A stretch of DNA of 64,000 nt from Octopus sinensis. Its lineage: Eukaryota. The position numbers and the translations under genes were made by a program. This document shows, in pieces, positions 11,227-24,129 of the stretch; position 1 is the first letter of the stretch, and the number at the start of each line of letters is the position of its first letter. The DNA is taken from contig NC_043020.1 of assembly GCF_006345805.1 (NCBI RefSeq), positions 23,064,001 to 23,128,000 on the forward strand, read 5' to 3'. The notes under the pieces are model-generated. The model had not been told where the DNA came from, made no database searches, and worked only from the letters and a program-made list of their open reading frames with translations.

Positions 11227-12165
11227 AAACAGCTACAACAAAACACACACTAGGCATTCCACTCAGCGGTGAGCCTCGTCCTATGTTCGGGTCAAAGCAT
11301 AGAATGCAACCCCCAGTATTAGCAGGGGGACCCGACAGCATATGCTTGTTTACTCCTGCCGCATCAAGCTGGTCCCGTACCCCTTTGATCAACATCAAAT
11401 TCACTCATCCGTCCACAAACACTCCCCAAGCTTTCCTATCATTTATAAACTCTCTTGCCTCTCTCACTCCAACACCTCTAACCACCAAAGATTTCCTCAC
11501 TCCATCCATCTAAACAAACTGAGGTCTGCCTCTGGTTCTGCTGCTTACCACCACTGGCCTCATCACCCTCCTAGCCATCTGCTCCTCATCAATCTTCTCC
11601 ATGTGGTCAAACCACTTCAACGTTCGTCCATCCATTTTGGTTGTTAGTTGTTCTCTCATTCCTGTCCGCCCTTTCACCTCCTCATTCCTCATCCTGTCCA
11701 TCCGTGTCACACCAACCATAGCCCTCAAACATCCCATCTCAAACACATCTAGGTTGCCTCCTTTCCACCACTCCGCACCACACTTTTCTCTCTCATACTC
11801 AACCCTTTATCGCTCAGCATACCTTGTACAAGACCTAGTATCTTACTCCGCTCCTTCACTCTGTACTCCACTTCCTCAGCCAACCCCCGTCCGCCGTCAC
11901 ACGTGATCCCAGATACTTAAAAACACTCACCTCCTCTAACATCTCACCATTTATACTCACATCCATGTCACCAACCATTCCATCTCTCGTACCCTTAGCT
12001 ACATCCACTTTCAGTTTCCTCCTCTCACACACTCTTCCAAACTCTCCCACCAGTCTCCTCACTCGCACTTTCGAACCCGCCACCAGTGCTCTATCCTCAG
12101 CAAACAACAACTGACTCATTTACCATTTCTCTCCATTTTCCCCCACCATTTGGGTTCCCCTGCCA
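11227..12165 (-). mobile_element. RTE-clade LINE, 5'-truncated (RT C-terminus and 3' UTR)
   Basis: SQLLFAEDRALV...LEEVSVFKYLGSRVT and FEMGCLRAMVGVTRMDRMRNEEV...LKWFDHMEK...RTRGRP. Confidence 0.9.
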
Positions 12166-12404
12166 AGATACTTCTTAAAAAAATCTACTCTAATTCCATT
12201 TAGGGCTCTCAAGTTTTTGACAAGATACTAAATAGCCGTAAGTCTTTGAACCCTAAGACAGTGCAGTACCTGGTCCTTACTTTTATCAGGATGAATGGGA
12301 ATTTTAGAACTGTGAAGTGGCATTCTGTTAGGGAGTTGGTATAACTATACATGCGAAAGCTTGGTTCCAGCTCTCTTAGAAGTTCAATATGTATATCACC
12401 GCAT

Positions 12405-12636
12405 ATTTCTATTTCTTTATTTCAAGGGGCTAAACACAGAGAGGACAAACAAGGACAGACAAACAGATTAAGTCGATTATATCGACCCCAGTGCGTAACT
12501 GGTACTTATTTAATCGACCTGGAAAGGATGAAAGGCAAAGTCGACCTCGGCGGAATTTGAACCCAGAACGTAACGACAGACGAAATACGGCTACGCATTT
12601 CGCCCGGTGTGCTAACGTTTCTCCACCTCGCCGCGC
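12405..12636 (-). mobile_element. SINE-A monomer with Tx1-like tail
   Basis: Head, B-box, central domain and tail ...TGTGTTTAGCCCCTTG-AAATAAAGAAAT. Confidence 0.88.
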
Positions 12637-13320
12637 TTACCCGGATTTATATATGTAATAGATGACACTTTGTCAGACGCGTCCTGCAGCGGGATTATAC
12701 CCAGAAGCGAATTTCTTAATCGTTTAACTGCGCCTTCACGTGTGTAATCATTATTTTATCGTTTTCCTATCATGATAACATTCAAACAAGCAACGCATTG
12801 CAGTATATCTGGTTAATTTTGATTTTCCGTAGAAACGACTCTGAAAATTATATTTACAAGCAAGGAGACGTACATCATATATATATTCATGTATTCCGAT
12901 ATTCACAATTTCATGCTCGTTACTGCAAACGTATTTGCTGTGTTGAACCGCAGCAGCGCATAATTTACAGAGAAAATTATTTAACAAGTCCTATAAAAAT
13001 AAATATTAACAGAACTATCATTTGAAAGGCAGACACGAACGTTAAAGGCATAGATAACAGATTACGAGTTTATGGTTTCTCTGTCTCTAACGAGTTCTCT
13101 TCGCTATCATTGATAGTTAGGATATAACACGATTTAAAATATATCGTTTCCTCAATTCATAAATTTATACATGCCGTATCATTGTAAATATATGTGCTAT
13201 GCTGAAGTTACAGTTCTGTATAGAAATGTGCTGGCATCTTACGCTTCCTAGAATATGTATATGTAAAATTTAAAGAAGGGGTAAATGGGTCCTTCGTCAG
13301 TTTCGTAGATGAATATTGTA

Positions 13321-13440
13321 TTGGGTTGTACGGAAAGTTCGTGCCGATTTATAGTAGCTTAGCTTTCGACTTATTTTAGAACATGGTTGAGTCCATTAAA
13401 TAGAATTTGACAACACTTCCATTTAGAGCACAGTTTACGC
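13321..13440 (+). mobile_element. mariner terminal inverted repeat and adjacent end, truncated by SINE-A
   Basis: TA|TTGGGTTGTACGGAAAGTTCGTGCCGATTT matches the end of the mariner fragment at 25642. Confidence 0.6.
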
Positions 13441-13738
13441 TATCTTAAAGGCAAAGCCGACTTCGGCGGAATTTGAACTCAGAACGTAACGGCAGACAAA
13501 ATATCTATTTCTTTACTACCCACACGGGGCTAAGCACAGAGAGGACAAACAAGGACAGACAAACGGATTAAGTCGATTACATCGACCCCAGTGCGTAACT
13601 GGTACTTAATTTATCGACCCCGAAAGGATGAAAGGCAAAGTCAACCTCGACGGAATTTGAACCCAGAACGTAGCGGCAGACAAAATACCTCTAAGCATTT
13701 CGCCCGGTGTGCTAACATTTCTGCCAGCTCGCCGCCTT
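13441..13738 (-). mobile_element. SINE-A composite: head-body-Tx1 tail followed by a partial second body
   Basis: Junction AAAGAAATA-GATATTTTGTCTGCCG at about 13505. Confidence 0.88.
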
Positions 13739-14494
13739 CAATAGATAGATATTTTCTATCTATTTCTAGCAGATAAGGTGACTCTTATATAACCACTGCT
13801 GATGTATAGATACTACTATTACCTCGTTTAAGGAAAATGGCGTCGTCTTTCATAAAACAATACTTGGATACGTATTGTTTGTAGTAATGTAATTCATCAC
13901 GGCAATCCTTTTTACCATTTTTGATCGCCTGTTTAAGACTACAAGATATTTTAAACACTATATACATGCTTCAGGCCATTTCACTTCCTGACTTTGTTAT
14001 TCTCCAAGATTTGTTCTACAGAATATATGTTTCTTTTTAGTTTTATCTTCGGTTCTTTATTCTTTATTCTTTATCCTTTATTCTTTATTCTTTCTTCTTT
14101 CTTCTTATTCGCGTCGATTTATTCTGATAGGTTTGTTGCTCGATTTAAAGTGGTTTTGTTTATCACTGATTCTTTTTGTTTTTGTTGGAAGATATATGAG
14201 ATATTGGATTGTATTTAATGGAACTTTGTCTAAGAGTAAATGGCAAATTGCATGTTACATGTTTTCGTTATCAAACTAAGCAATGTAAGACAAAAAAAAA
14301 TAAAATATATGCAGAGATATTGACAGAAGGAAAAAATGGAGAAAAACATGATCACCTGGTAGATCTCGTATCTACATCTTTATTTCCAGGCCTAACAAAA
14401 TTACAGCATCGTTAGCAAAAAAGAAAACTTCTAAATTATGCAGACGCTTGACCTGCGAGAAATAGCAGCACTACAGCAAAACACACGCATAAAA

Positions 14495-14620
14495 ACACAC
14501 ATGTATACGACAGATTGCTTTCAGTTTCCGTCTTACAAATCCGCACATAAGCCCTGGGTTATAGTAGAAGATGTTTGCCCAAGGTGCCATGTAGTGGTAT
14601 TGAACCTGGAACTTCGTAGA
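14495..14620 (-). mobile_element. SINE-B fragment
   Basis: Similar to ...TTTCAGTTTCCGTC...CCCAAGGTGCCA of other copies. Confidence 0.65.
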
Positions 14621-14791
14621 AAGCAATGTATTCACATCTAGCTGTTACTGTGAGGGTCCACATGAATAAAAAAAAAAATGAAAAGACTTAAAGATGTCCA
14701 TAGGTAAAAAAAATGGTTAAAACAGACCAGAGTTGAAGTGAATGTATTGGAGAATTCTATTTCTATGCGATGATGCGAGCTGTCAGGAAAC

Positions 14792-14965
14792 TGGCGGCGT
14801 AGCTAAGGGGAGCGAGGGTTCGGTCCTCTCCTGCCGACGCTCTCATGGGAGCAGCACTTTTGGTTTTGCTGTATATGCCTGTATAGGCTTAAGGCCCGAG
14901 GGTGCCAGGTGTGAGCGTAAACTTAGGGGCCGCTTCGGGTGGCACATACTCTAGCTACTCCGCTG
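14792..14965. mobile_element. Possible MITE (hAT-like termini)
   Basis: Imperfect 15-bp TIRs TGGCGGCGTAGCTAA / CTAGCTACTCCGCTG (11/15); no TSD verified. Confidence 0.35.
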
Positions 14966-15454
14966 CATGAAACTCCTTTTCCAAGAGACAGGGGTCCCAT
15001 GTAGCCGACAGACGCATACCTTTGAATAACACTTGCACCAAATATTTTGCTCATGTGAAACACAGCATTGCTTCTATCAACTTTGCCAAGGGCGAAAAGC
15101 GACTTGTATTTGAGATAAGAGGGCATGTCCCCGTTAGCTACGGCTCTATGAAACTGCCACTAGCGGTCCCTGATATAGGAATGAAAATTAAAGTTTTGGG
15201 AAAGAAATTCTTAACCATGTTTTCCATCGCTTTTAATATGCTACACCTTGCTGTTTAACGAATCGAGCAGTTACGTGGAGATTCAATAACGTTCTATCCG
15301 TCACCGTTCTGTCAGTTTTCGGTTTTTTTCTTTAATATCTAGAACTACATTTCTCGTTGGGTCTCTTCCCAAGATTCCGAGTTCGATTCCAGGCAGTGAC
15401 CTGAATAATAATAATAACATCGAAATGAGAACCCAGGTTCGAAATTTTCCCAGG

Positions 15455-15498
15455 ACACCTGAAGAAGGCTGGAGAGTGTTTCAACCGAAACGTTGTGT
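15455..15498 (+). ncRNA. Minimal type I hammerhead ribozyme motif, canonical core
   Basis: ACAC-CTGAAGA-A-GGCTGGA gagtgt TTCAACC-GAAAC-GTT-GTGT; stem I ACAC/GTGT, predicted cleavage after GTT. Confidence 0.75.
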
Positions 15499-15778
15499 TA
15501 ACAACAAACAAGATGAACAACAAAAAAAGCTTAAGACTACAACAACAAGAACAAGAGCGAATCATGAAGGTAGTCAAGCCCAAGGCTACACCAAGCATAA
15601 TTGGTGGATCAGCAAATATTATTACCCCATCCTCATCTTCATTACTAGGTGCACATCACAAGACCTAATAATTTAGGTCTAGTGTAAATAATCTAGTGCA
15701 CATCACTAGACCTGAATAATAATAATAACATTGAAAAATACCTTAGGAATGAGAACCCAGGTTCGAAATTTCCCCAGG

Positions 15779-15822
15779 ACACCTGAAGAAGGCAGGAGAG
15801 CGTATTGGCCGAAACGTTGTGT
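15779..15822 (+). ncRNA. Minimal type I hammerhead ribozyme motif, canonical core (second copy)
   Basis: ACAC-CTGAAGA-A-GGC...GCC-GAAAC-GTT-GTGT. Confidence 0.72.
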
Positions 15823-15863
15823 TAACAACAAACAAGATGAGGACAAATGTAAATAATGTAAAT

Positions 15864-16326
<463 letters not shown>

Positions 16327-16696
16327 AATTATGTAAATAATATTTCAGTTATAATTAAAACATTATACGTTTTCGTGTGTAAGAACTGAGCATATTTCGT
16401 ACGATTTTTGAGCGTTGTTTTTGAGGACTGGCGTGAAACGATTCTGACTATAGTTATCTATGTTGATGACGTGCAAGGAGAAAACAAACCTTTGGCCGAA
16501 AGTAAATACAAAGACACCAGCAACCTTACGTATTTTTTGCTTTTTAAACCGTCTTGAAAGAGACTTCGAATTTTAGAACTTTAGGACGTTATCTGTATAT
16601 GAATATTTTTGATAAAAAACCTCCACTTCATTTCACAAAATATTTTATTCCGGAGGAAGTTGTAAACGATATCTAATCCATCTGCATTCAACAGAG

Positions 16697-16738
16697 TTAA
16701 TAATAATGGTAATAATAATAATGATGATAATAATAATA

Positions 16739-16804
<66 letters not shown>

Positions 16805-16849
16805 TTAATAATAATAATACTAATAATGATGATGATGATGATGATGATG

Positions 16850-16899
<50 letters not shown>
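16697..16899. repeat. (AAT)n/(GAT)n microsatellite flanking the 3' end of Tx1 element 1
   Basis: Direct inspection; gives poly-I ORFs. Confidence 0.97.
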
Positions 16900-17179
16900 C
16901 AATTCTTTTTTATTGGCCACAAGGGCTGACACGCATGATTAAATAAAGGGACAAGACAGGGCGAAAGGTTACAAAGGGTTTTGTCCGTTTGTTAAAAAAT
17001 CCGTGTAAAAAACTTTAAAGCAATGATTATTAAAACAATGAAAAACTCCCAAAAGGGGGAGACGTCTCGAAAGGTTCCTGGTGGAAAAAACCCTACAAAA
17101 GCCAACGGGAGCCTGGTCAAAAAAAGGGGGTGTAGAGAGTCCCCTTTCTTCTCCTTTTACATTACCTTTTTCTTTGAAA

Positions 17180-20100
17180 TCACAGGCGAAACCTGAGAAC
17201 TGGTCCATTTATACAGGCCAGTCTCGCACAATTCACCCACCTTTCATAAAACTTGCTATCGGACAGCACTTTCCTCTCTAACCTCATCTTCCTTTTCAAG
17301 TGAAACTTGAAAAAGTTGATGAGGCCTTGACCAAAGAGGAAAGTGTCTGACTTTAGCCCTTTCAAACGAGTCCACCACACGACTTCTTTCCCCACAGCCA
17401 CAAGGCACAAGAAAACGGCCTCGCCCTCCTTGTTAAAGGAGGTCGGCGGGGCAATCTTCACTATGGATTCGGCCGATAGTCGGATCCGTCCTACACGTGA
17501 CAGTAGCTGTTCGACATAAACCCATATTTCAGCAATACTCGGGCACTGGACGAGTGCGTGCAGAACGGTTTCGTAGTCCTGGCAACACCTCGAGCAGGCC
17601 CGTCTGACGGCACTTCCGTGCCGGTAGAGTTTATCTCGAACAGGCAGAGCCCCTCGGTAGCACTGCCAGGCGAGAGACCTCTGGAAATTATCCATCGGCC
17701 CTGGCCCGAAAGTCCTCCCGAACAGACCGCTCAGTTCGTCGTCTTCAACGCCTAGAGTTTCCCCGAGAACGTCGTCGCATTTTTCCTCCACTAACCCTCT
17801 ATAGAACGCTAGAGTGGAGCTGTAACCGACCGCATTGCCCGCCTGGTGGAGGGCGGAGAGGGCTTGACGGCACTCGAGGTGCCAAGCGCCCTTTCTCGGT
17901 CTACGTTTGATCCAGGTCTGCAGCTCCGTCAAAGAGACGAGCTGCGGAAAATCGCGTCTGACAAAAGACGACCACACCTGTTCACCGTCTAGGAAGCGCT
18001 TGAGATGCCGCAGCCTGAGCGCATGTCTGCGCAACAGCAACCACGGCATTCCAAGGCCTCCGTTCAGCGGTCGTTGACAGCAGATGGATCGCCTGACCAG
18101 TGGCACCTGACCCTTCCACAAAAAGTCGAAGAGCAGGCGTACCAGCTTGGCCAACCAGCGGTCGGGACAAGGGACGACGGTCAAGCGGTAATAGATGACG
18201 GATGCGATGTACGCATTCGCCACCTCCGCTCGACCTTTCAGGGACAGCTTCCTCTCGGCCCATTTCTGGGTGAGACGTGCCACCCTGCTCGTCACCTCTT
18301 CCCAGTTCTTATCCACCTGGAGGTCCGGACCGAACCAGACCCCGAGCAGTTTAACGGGTCCGTCTGTCCAGCGCCCTACGACGCTGTTGGACGGCATGGG
18401 CTTGCCTCTCCAGGTGCCCAGTTGCAAGCCCACAGACTTTTCCGCGTTAATCTTTGCCCCTGTCACCGCTTCGTACTGGTTTAGCGTCTCGCCAATCAGG
18501 CCAATGTGCCTGTGGCTCGACACCACCACGGTGACGTCGTCGGCATAAGCAGACACGCTGTTTCCGCCTCCTAGATCGCGCGGGATGCCCCTCAAAGCCT
18601 CCAACTTGCGCAGTAATGGCTCGAGAGTCAAAATGTACAAGAGGGAGGAGAGAGGGCATCCTTGGCGGACCGAAAGCGAGATGTCGAACGGTTCTGAAAG
18701 GTGACCGTTCACCCGTATCACCGAGCAGATGTTGCTGTATAAAGCAGCGATCCACCCGCGGAAGACTGGACCGAAGCCGGCTGCCTCGAGGACAGCTGCC
18801 AGGTACCGATGGTCGACCCTATCGAAGGCTTTACTCTGATCCAAGTTGATCAAAGCCCCACCCGCGCCAGCGTCGTTACCCACCCTCTCTATGATGTAGC
18901 GCATGAGATGGAGGTTGTCGTGTATCGACCTGGTCGGCACGGCGCATGTCTGCGTCCCGCCAACCAGCTTGTCCACGACAAGCGCCAATCTCTTGGCTAG
19001 CACCTTGGCCAAAATCTTCAACTCTGCATTGAGCAGAGTGATGGGCCGGAAATTCCCTATAACGTCCCCCTTGTTTGGGTCCTTCTTTAGCAAAGCCACC
19101 ACCCCTCGACAAACAAAAGCAGGAATTCTCCCGTTTTGCTGCCAGTTGCAGTAGACGTTTGCCAACAGGTCCGCAAACAAGTCTGGCATTGAAAAGTAAA
19201 GCTCGTAGGGCAGACCATCCAAACCCGGCGATCTACCTCTCGTGCAACTCTTCATCGCTTCCTGTACTTCCCAGGCAGATATCGGTCCTTCGCAGCACTC
19301 TCGCGCTGTCCGAGAGTTGCGGCAGTCCGTCCAGGTACACACCGAAGTCTGTACCGTTGGTGTCCGTTCCACCGCTCGTCCCAAACAGTTGAGCAAAGCG
19401 CCGCTGAATCACCGTACACATCTGCTTCGGTTGGGTAACCTCGCGCCCGTTCTGGTCCACCAAAGACCGAATGGTTGCTCTGTTGCCTCGCTTCGCCTCC
19501 GCCACGCGGGCCCATCGAGCGGCTCTAGTCCCCTCCCCGCTTAGCGAACGTGCCTTAGCTCTGACAACGCAGCCTTCGTGTTTGGCGTCGAAGTGTTGGT
19601 CGAGGGCCAACCTTGCCGCCAACACGTCGGTCGCGATGCCAGTGTCAAGAGCCTCGTCTAGTTTCTTAACTAAATCCCGCTCTCTCTTCCTACGTTCAAT
19701 AGCTAGAGTCTTACTATACCTAATCGACTCTACTCTAATTGCTCTCTTGAGGGCAAACCACCAGTTGTTGTTGATGATTGCCCCCGTGAGCGCCCGCTTA
19801 ACTAGTAAACTAATCCGGTCTCTGTAGGCTTTGCACGCCGTTAACGACGCGTTCAGCTTCCAGTAGCCGGGTCCCTGTCTATGTAGCCTATCTAAGTCGA
19901 CCGTACAGATCACTAATTTGTGGTCCGTATATTCGACTAGGTGGAATTGTGGACACCCTACGCTGTCCTTATCCGCTGGCCTACAAAACACTCTATCTAA
20001 GTACGATCTAGACGACCCGATGCGGTTTGTCCAAGTCCACATTGGCACATTCGGGTTGTCTAGTCGAAACCTGTCGGACAGCTGAAAGCGGCCGAGTAGG

Positions 20101-20612
20101 TTGGCGAGGCTCTTGCACCCTCCCCCTCTCCTATCAGACGCTCCCCTGCCCACCCGATCGAAACGTTCGTCTAAGACAGCGTTCCAATCCCCAACTAGTA
20201 CTAGAGTGCGTGACGTTCCCAGGAAAACTTCCAGACGTTTGAAATAATCCGACTGCCCTGCTCCTGTCGGAGCGTAGGCAGCCAGCAGTCTGAAAGCACC
20301 GCCGTCACTACCGTCGACGTCGAGGACCACCAACTTACCTTCCGGATCCAAGAAGACTGTCCTTATTTTCAGGTCCAGGCCCTTCCGAAACAACACCGCA
20401 GTACCACCACCGCCCGCTCCCGGCCGACACGGAGATAGAAATATCTCGTATCCGCCGAAAAGGGCTGCGAGTTCCTGCGGGTCGGAGAGCCTGGTTTCAC
20501 TGATGGCTGCTACATCCACATCATGAAACCTCAGGTCGTTTAACAGGTGACCCTGTTTCCAAGGTGACCCGAGGCCTCTCACATTCAAACAACCGATTCT
20601 AAGATTTGCCAT
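17180..20612 (-). CDS. Tx1 ORF2: apurinic-like endonuclease + reverse transcriptase + C-terminal CCHC; one frameshift near 19310
   Basis: MANLRIGCLNVRGL...ISET...GDWNAV...SYLDR...TDHK (APE); SPGLDGLP, FRPITLLN, LDQSKAFDRVDH, VRQGCPLS, YADD (RT); CSRCCQDYETVLHALVQC. Confidence 0.93.
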
Positions 20613-20650
20613 GTTTCAAAAGTTAGGGGAAAAAAAGGAGAAAAAAGGCT

Positions 20651-22502
20651 CTACTTACTGTTGTTGGTGGTGGGGGTGGTTCCCTTGTGCTTTTGCACGG
20701 GTGCTTCAATAATATTTTTGTAAAGTTTCTGAGAGAAACTTTTCCCTAACGATCCCACATCGTTAGGGAATATTTGTTTTATTTCGTTGTAAACTGTTTT
20801 GTTTATTTTTATTGTGAGAATGTGTGCTGGTGGTGTGTTGTGTGTAGGTATTATGAAATCTGTAATGTTTGTGCTTGTTTTGTTTTTCAAATACTCAACC
20901 AGTTCCTGGTTTCTTGTATTCACTGCTGTAATCGTGTCTGTAATTGTGTCTGTGTTTGTTTGTGTCTGTGGTAGTGGCAGTAGTGGTGTCGAAAGTGTTG
21001 TTTTGTTGTTTTGTTTGTTGTTGTGAGTGTGTGTTGTTGTTGATGTTGTTGTTGATGTTGGGAAGTACTGTTTGTTCGTGCTTCCCCTGTAAATCTTTTT
21101 GTTTTTTCCTCTTTTCTTTTTTGGAGGTACTATGTTCCATTCTCCTTTGTTGGAATCAGAGCTCGCACAATCCGAGATCTCTTCATCCGGCAAAGAATGG
21201 TTGAGGGGTCTGCTTCAGTAGCAGGACGAAAAGTTTTTGGTTCCGCCGGTATCGGTGGTGCCGCTGCTCCTGTTACTGTTGATGTCGCTGCTGTCGACCT
21301 TCGAGGTACTGGTGTCGGTGTGGTTTGTGGTGGTTGTTGTGTGTTGGAGGTGGTGTTGTTCGTCTTGATGCTGGTGTTGGTGATGGTGTTGGTGGTGTGG
21401 CAGCCTTTGGTGTTTCTTGCTGTTTTTGTTGTTTCTGTTGTTGTTGCTTGTGTTGTTGTTGTTGTTGTTGTTGTTGTTGCTGCTGCCTCTTGCTGAAAGC
21501 CTCCATCCTCTTTTTGTGAATGGGACAGTCCCTCTTTAAGTGGCTTTCGCTGCTGCAGAGAAAACATTTTGGCTTTCGCCCCTCCACAGCAACGTTTAGC
21601 CTGGTGCCGTCCGGCAAACTTACGAAATCAGGGATTTTACTTATATTCTCTTGCTGAATTTGCGCAAGAAGCAGCACTCCCATCCCCAACCAGTTTTTCG
21701 CCCTCACTCTCCTGACATCTAGAATGGTGGTAGTGTCCTCTATATCATAGAGGACAGCTGCCACCAGCCATGACATATTTAGCTCAGGGGGGACGAGGTC
21801 GATTTTTATTTTTGTTACTCTTCGCCCGAGGTGGGTCGGAATTAGTAACAAATTCTCAGTTTGCAAGGGCGAAATGGCGTTCGCCCTTGCAAGCTCCTCT
21901 GTTGGGAAGCGAACCTCCACGGTTCCAAAACGCTTCCCCTTGGTTACGTAGCTCTTTTGGGCCCAAATGGGCTTTAGAGCTATCTCCAACTGTTGGGGTG
22001 TGGCATTTGTTATTCTTTTTAGTTTTCTGTCGAAAACTTTGTAAATTATTGTTTGCTTGTTGGTGCTTTCAATCACCTCTTGTGGAGTATTGAGGAAGAT
22101 ACCATTGCCATCCTTCCTTAACAATTCCTTCGCTCTTTTCACATCTTCTAGAGTTATCTTAACTTCCTCCGAAATTTGCTTCGCAGCAGAAGCAAAATTG
22201 TTGGAAGTTTTTTCTTTTATCTCCGTGTCAATGTTTGTGATGATTTTTGTATTTGTTTTTTTTTCCTCCTCCTTCCGTACCAAAGCATTAGGTGAAGGCA
22301 GAGGGGGAAAATCGAGAATTACGTCGAACGCGACGTCCTGGCTTGCATTCTCCTTTTGAACGGAGCTCGTGCTCTGCGGTTCGGAAGGAGAATCTTTGTT
22401 GCCTTTTAAGGCGTGAAGTGGGTGTTTTGTACGAGTTGTGTGTGTTTGCGGAGGGAGTGTATCTTGAAGGAAGGAACAGCCAACTGTTCGCTTCATAGCC
22501 AT
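20651..22502 (-). CDS. Tx1 ORF1 (nucleic-acid chaperone, CCHC zinc knuckle, low-complexity Q/T/P C-terminus); split over three frames
   Basis: ATG at 22502 (MAMKRTVG); GKRFGTVEVRF; VEGRKPKCFLCSSESHLKRDC; continues via ORFs 21130..21567 and 20651..21193. Confidence 0.82.
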
Positions 22503-22734
22503 GTTTTTTTTTGTTGTAATATTCAAAATGTTGAAAAATGTCAAATGTTCAAAATTTTCAAACGCAATTTCACCCCGAATGGGGCAAAATTTCGCCCAAC
22601 CGACGAGCTCCGCAAGAAGCCGGTCGGTTTGGCTACAAAAATATTAAAAAATATTCAAACCTAACAATAGATTTCCAATGAAATTGGTGTCAAATTCACG
22701 GAGCTGATTCACGTACGTCCATCGGCGTCGGAAG

Positions 22735-22735
<1 letters not shown>

Positions 22736-22812
<77 letters not shown>

Positions 22813-22830
22813 CAACAACAACAATATTAA
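22736..22830. repeat. (AAT)n(AAC)n microsatellite flanking the 5' end of Tx1 element 1
   Basis: Direct inspection. Confidence 0.97.
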
Positions 22831-23659
22831 TAAGAAGAATGAAAATAAAAACAAAAGTCTGTGTTTTTAATGGCAGCAATAATCCTGTCACAATACAAGA
22901 TCAAATCAGTGGACAAAGATGTGTGTGTGTGAGTGTGTGCGTGCGTGTGCGTATGTGTGTGTGTAAGCATCTCTCTCTCTCGTGTATAATATATATATAT
23001 ATATATATATATAAATATATCATAAATGTATGTATATATATATAAGTGTACATATATATCTATGCATATATACACGCATACATATATATCTACACAAACA
23101 CAAACACACACACACACATATGTATATATACGTGTGTATTTCTGTTTAGGTGATTGTATGCTCGTGTGTGTGGGTGTATATATAAGCGAAGTAGACGATG
23201 AGTTTTAGGAGCGTAAACAGAATGCTAGCAGACAGGCTTTGTTGTAAAGCAATGAAAATTCTTAATTACGTGTAAAGAACACGTAGCAATCAGTTGATTG
23301 TTTTCGCAGTATAGCTTCAAACGGTCTATACACACACATACATGCATACATACATACACACACACAAGTATATGTATATAATGTTTACAAATATACATGT
23401 ATATATATGCATATATATATACATATATATATATATGTATATATATATATATTATATATATATATATATAATTATATATATATATATACAACAAATATAC
23501 ATACATAGACATACATATACATATATATATACACATATATATCTAGATATATATGTATATATATTGATTATATGTAAGGCTTCTTTATAGATATACATAT
23601 AATATATTTATACATGCATGTATATATTTTATGAGATATATTATAAATATATATCTTTA

Positions 23660-23714
<55 letters not shown>

Positions 23715-24129
23715 ATATATAATATATATATATATATTATATATATACGTATATATATATATGTTATATATATATATATATACACGCACATATACATATA
23801 TATTGTATATATTTACATATATAAGCAATATATTGATGGTGATAGAAAGCGATTGTACATATAATGGCTTATTTGCGGTGTTTATAAGACCGACCTCAAA
23901 CTATTATTTGTAAAATCGTTGTTGTTCCGCTTCGTTTCATCTCTGATCAATATGTCGTTCAGCCATAACCATCTTTTTGGGGGAGGTTTTTGATTTAGAA
24001 ACCAATTCACCTGCTATTTCTAGCAAGTCGAGCGACCATTCGTGCTGCATTTTCTTGTAGAGAACAGAGTAGGCGTTTGTATAGTAGCCTGAAGGATACT
24101 TATTATGATCTATGAAAGAGCATAGTTGC

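Larger units (their letters stand above)
15370..15860 (+). mobile_element. Two direct copies of a PLE/retrozyme-like unit, each with a minimal hammerhead
   Basis: Unit GACCTGAATAATAATAATAAC...GAGAACCCAGGTTCGAAATT...GGACACCTGAAGAAGGC...CCGAAACGTTGTGTTAACAACAAACAAGATGA recurs about 324 bp apart. Confidence 0.75.
16900..22735 (-). mobile_element. Full-length L1/Tx1-clade non-LTR retrotransposon (element 1), about 5.8 kb
   Basis: 5' UTR, ORF1 with CCHC knuckle, ORF2 APE-RT-CCHC, 3' UTR ending GGCCAATAAAAAAGAATTG; (AAT)n on both sides in the same orientation. The 5' boundary is less certain than the 3'. Confidence 0.93.

Noticed and set aside
19280-19340. Programmed ribosomal frameshift between APE and RT
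   Set aside because: No slippery heptamer seen, and element 2 reads through this region in one frame; mutation or sequencing error is more likely.
17558-20242. Overlapping sense/antisense ORFs within Tx1 element 1 (and likewise 44082..47274 in element 2)
   Set aside because: Expected shadow ORFs of GC-richer LINE coding sequence; no recognisable domains.
22540-22735. Separate Helitron-like element upstream of Tx1 ORF1
   Set aside because: No terminal hairpin/CTAG or HINE terminal inverted repeat found; length fits a 5' UTR, though not fully excluded.
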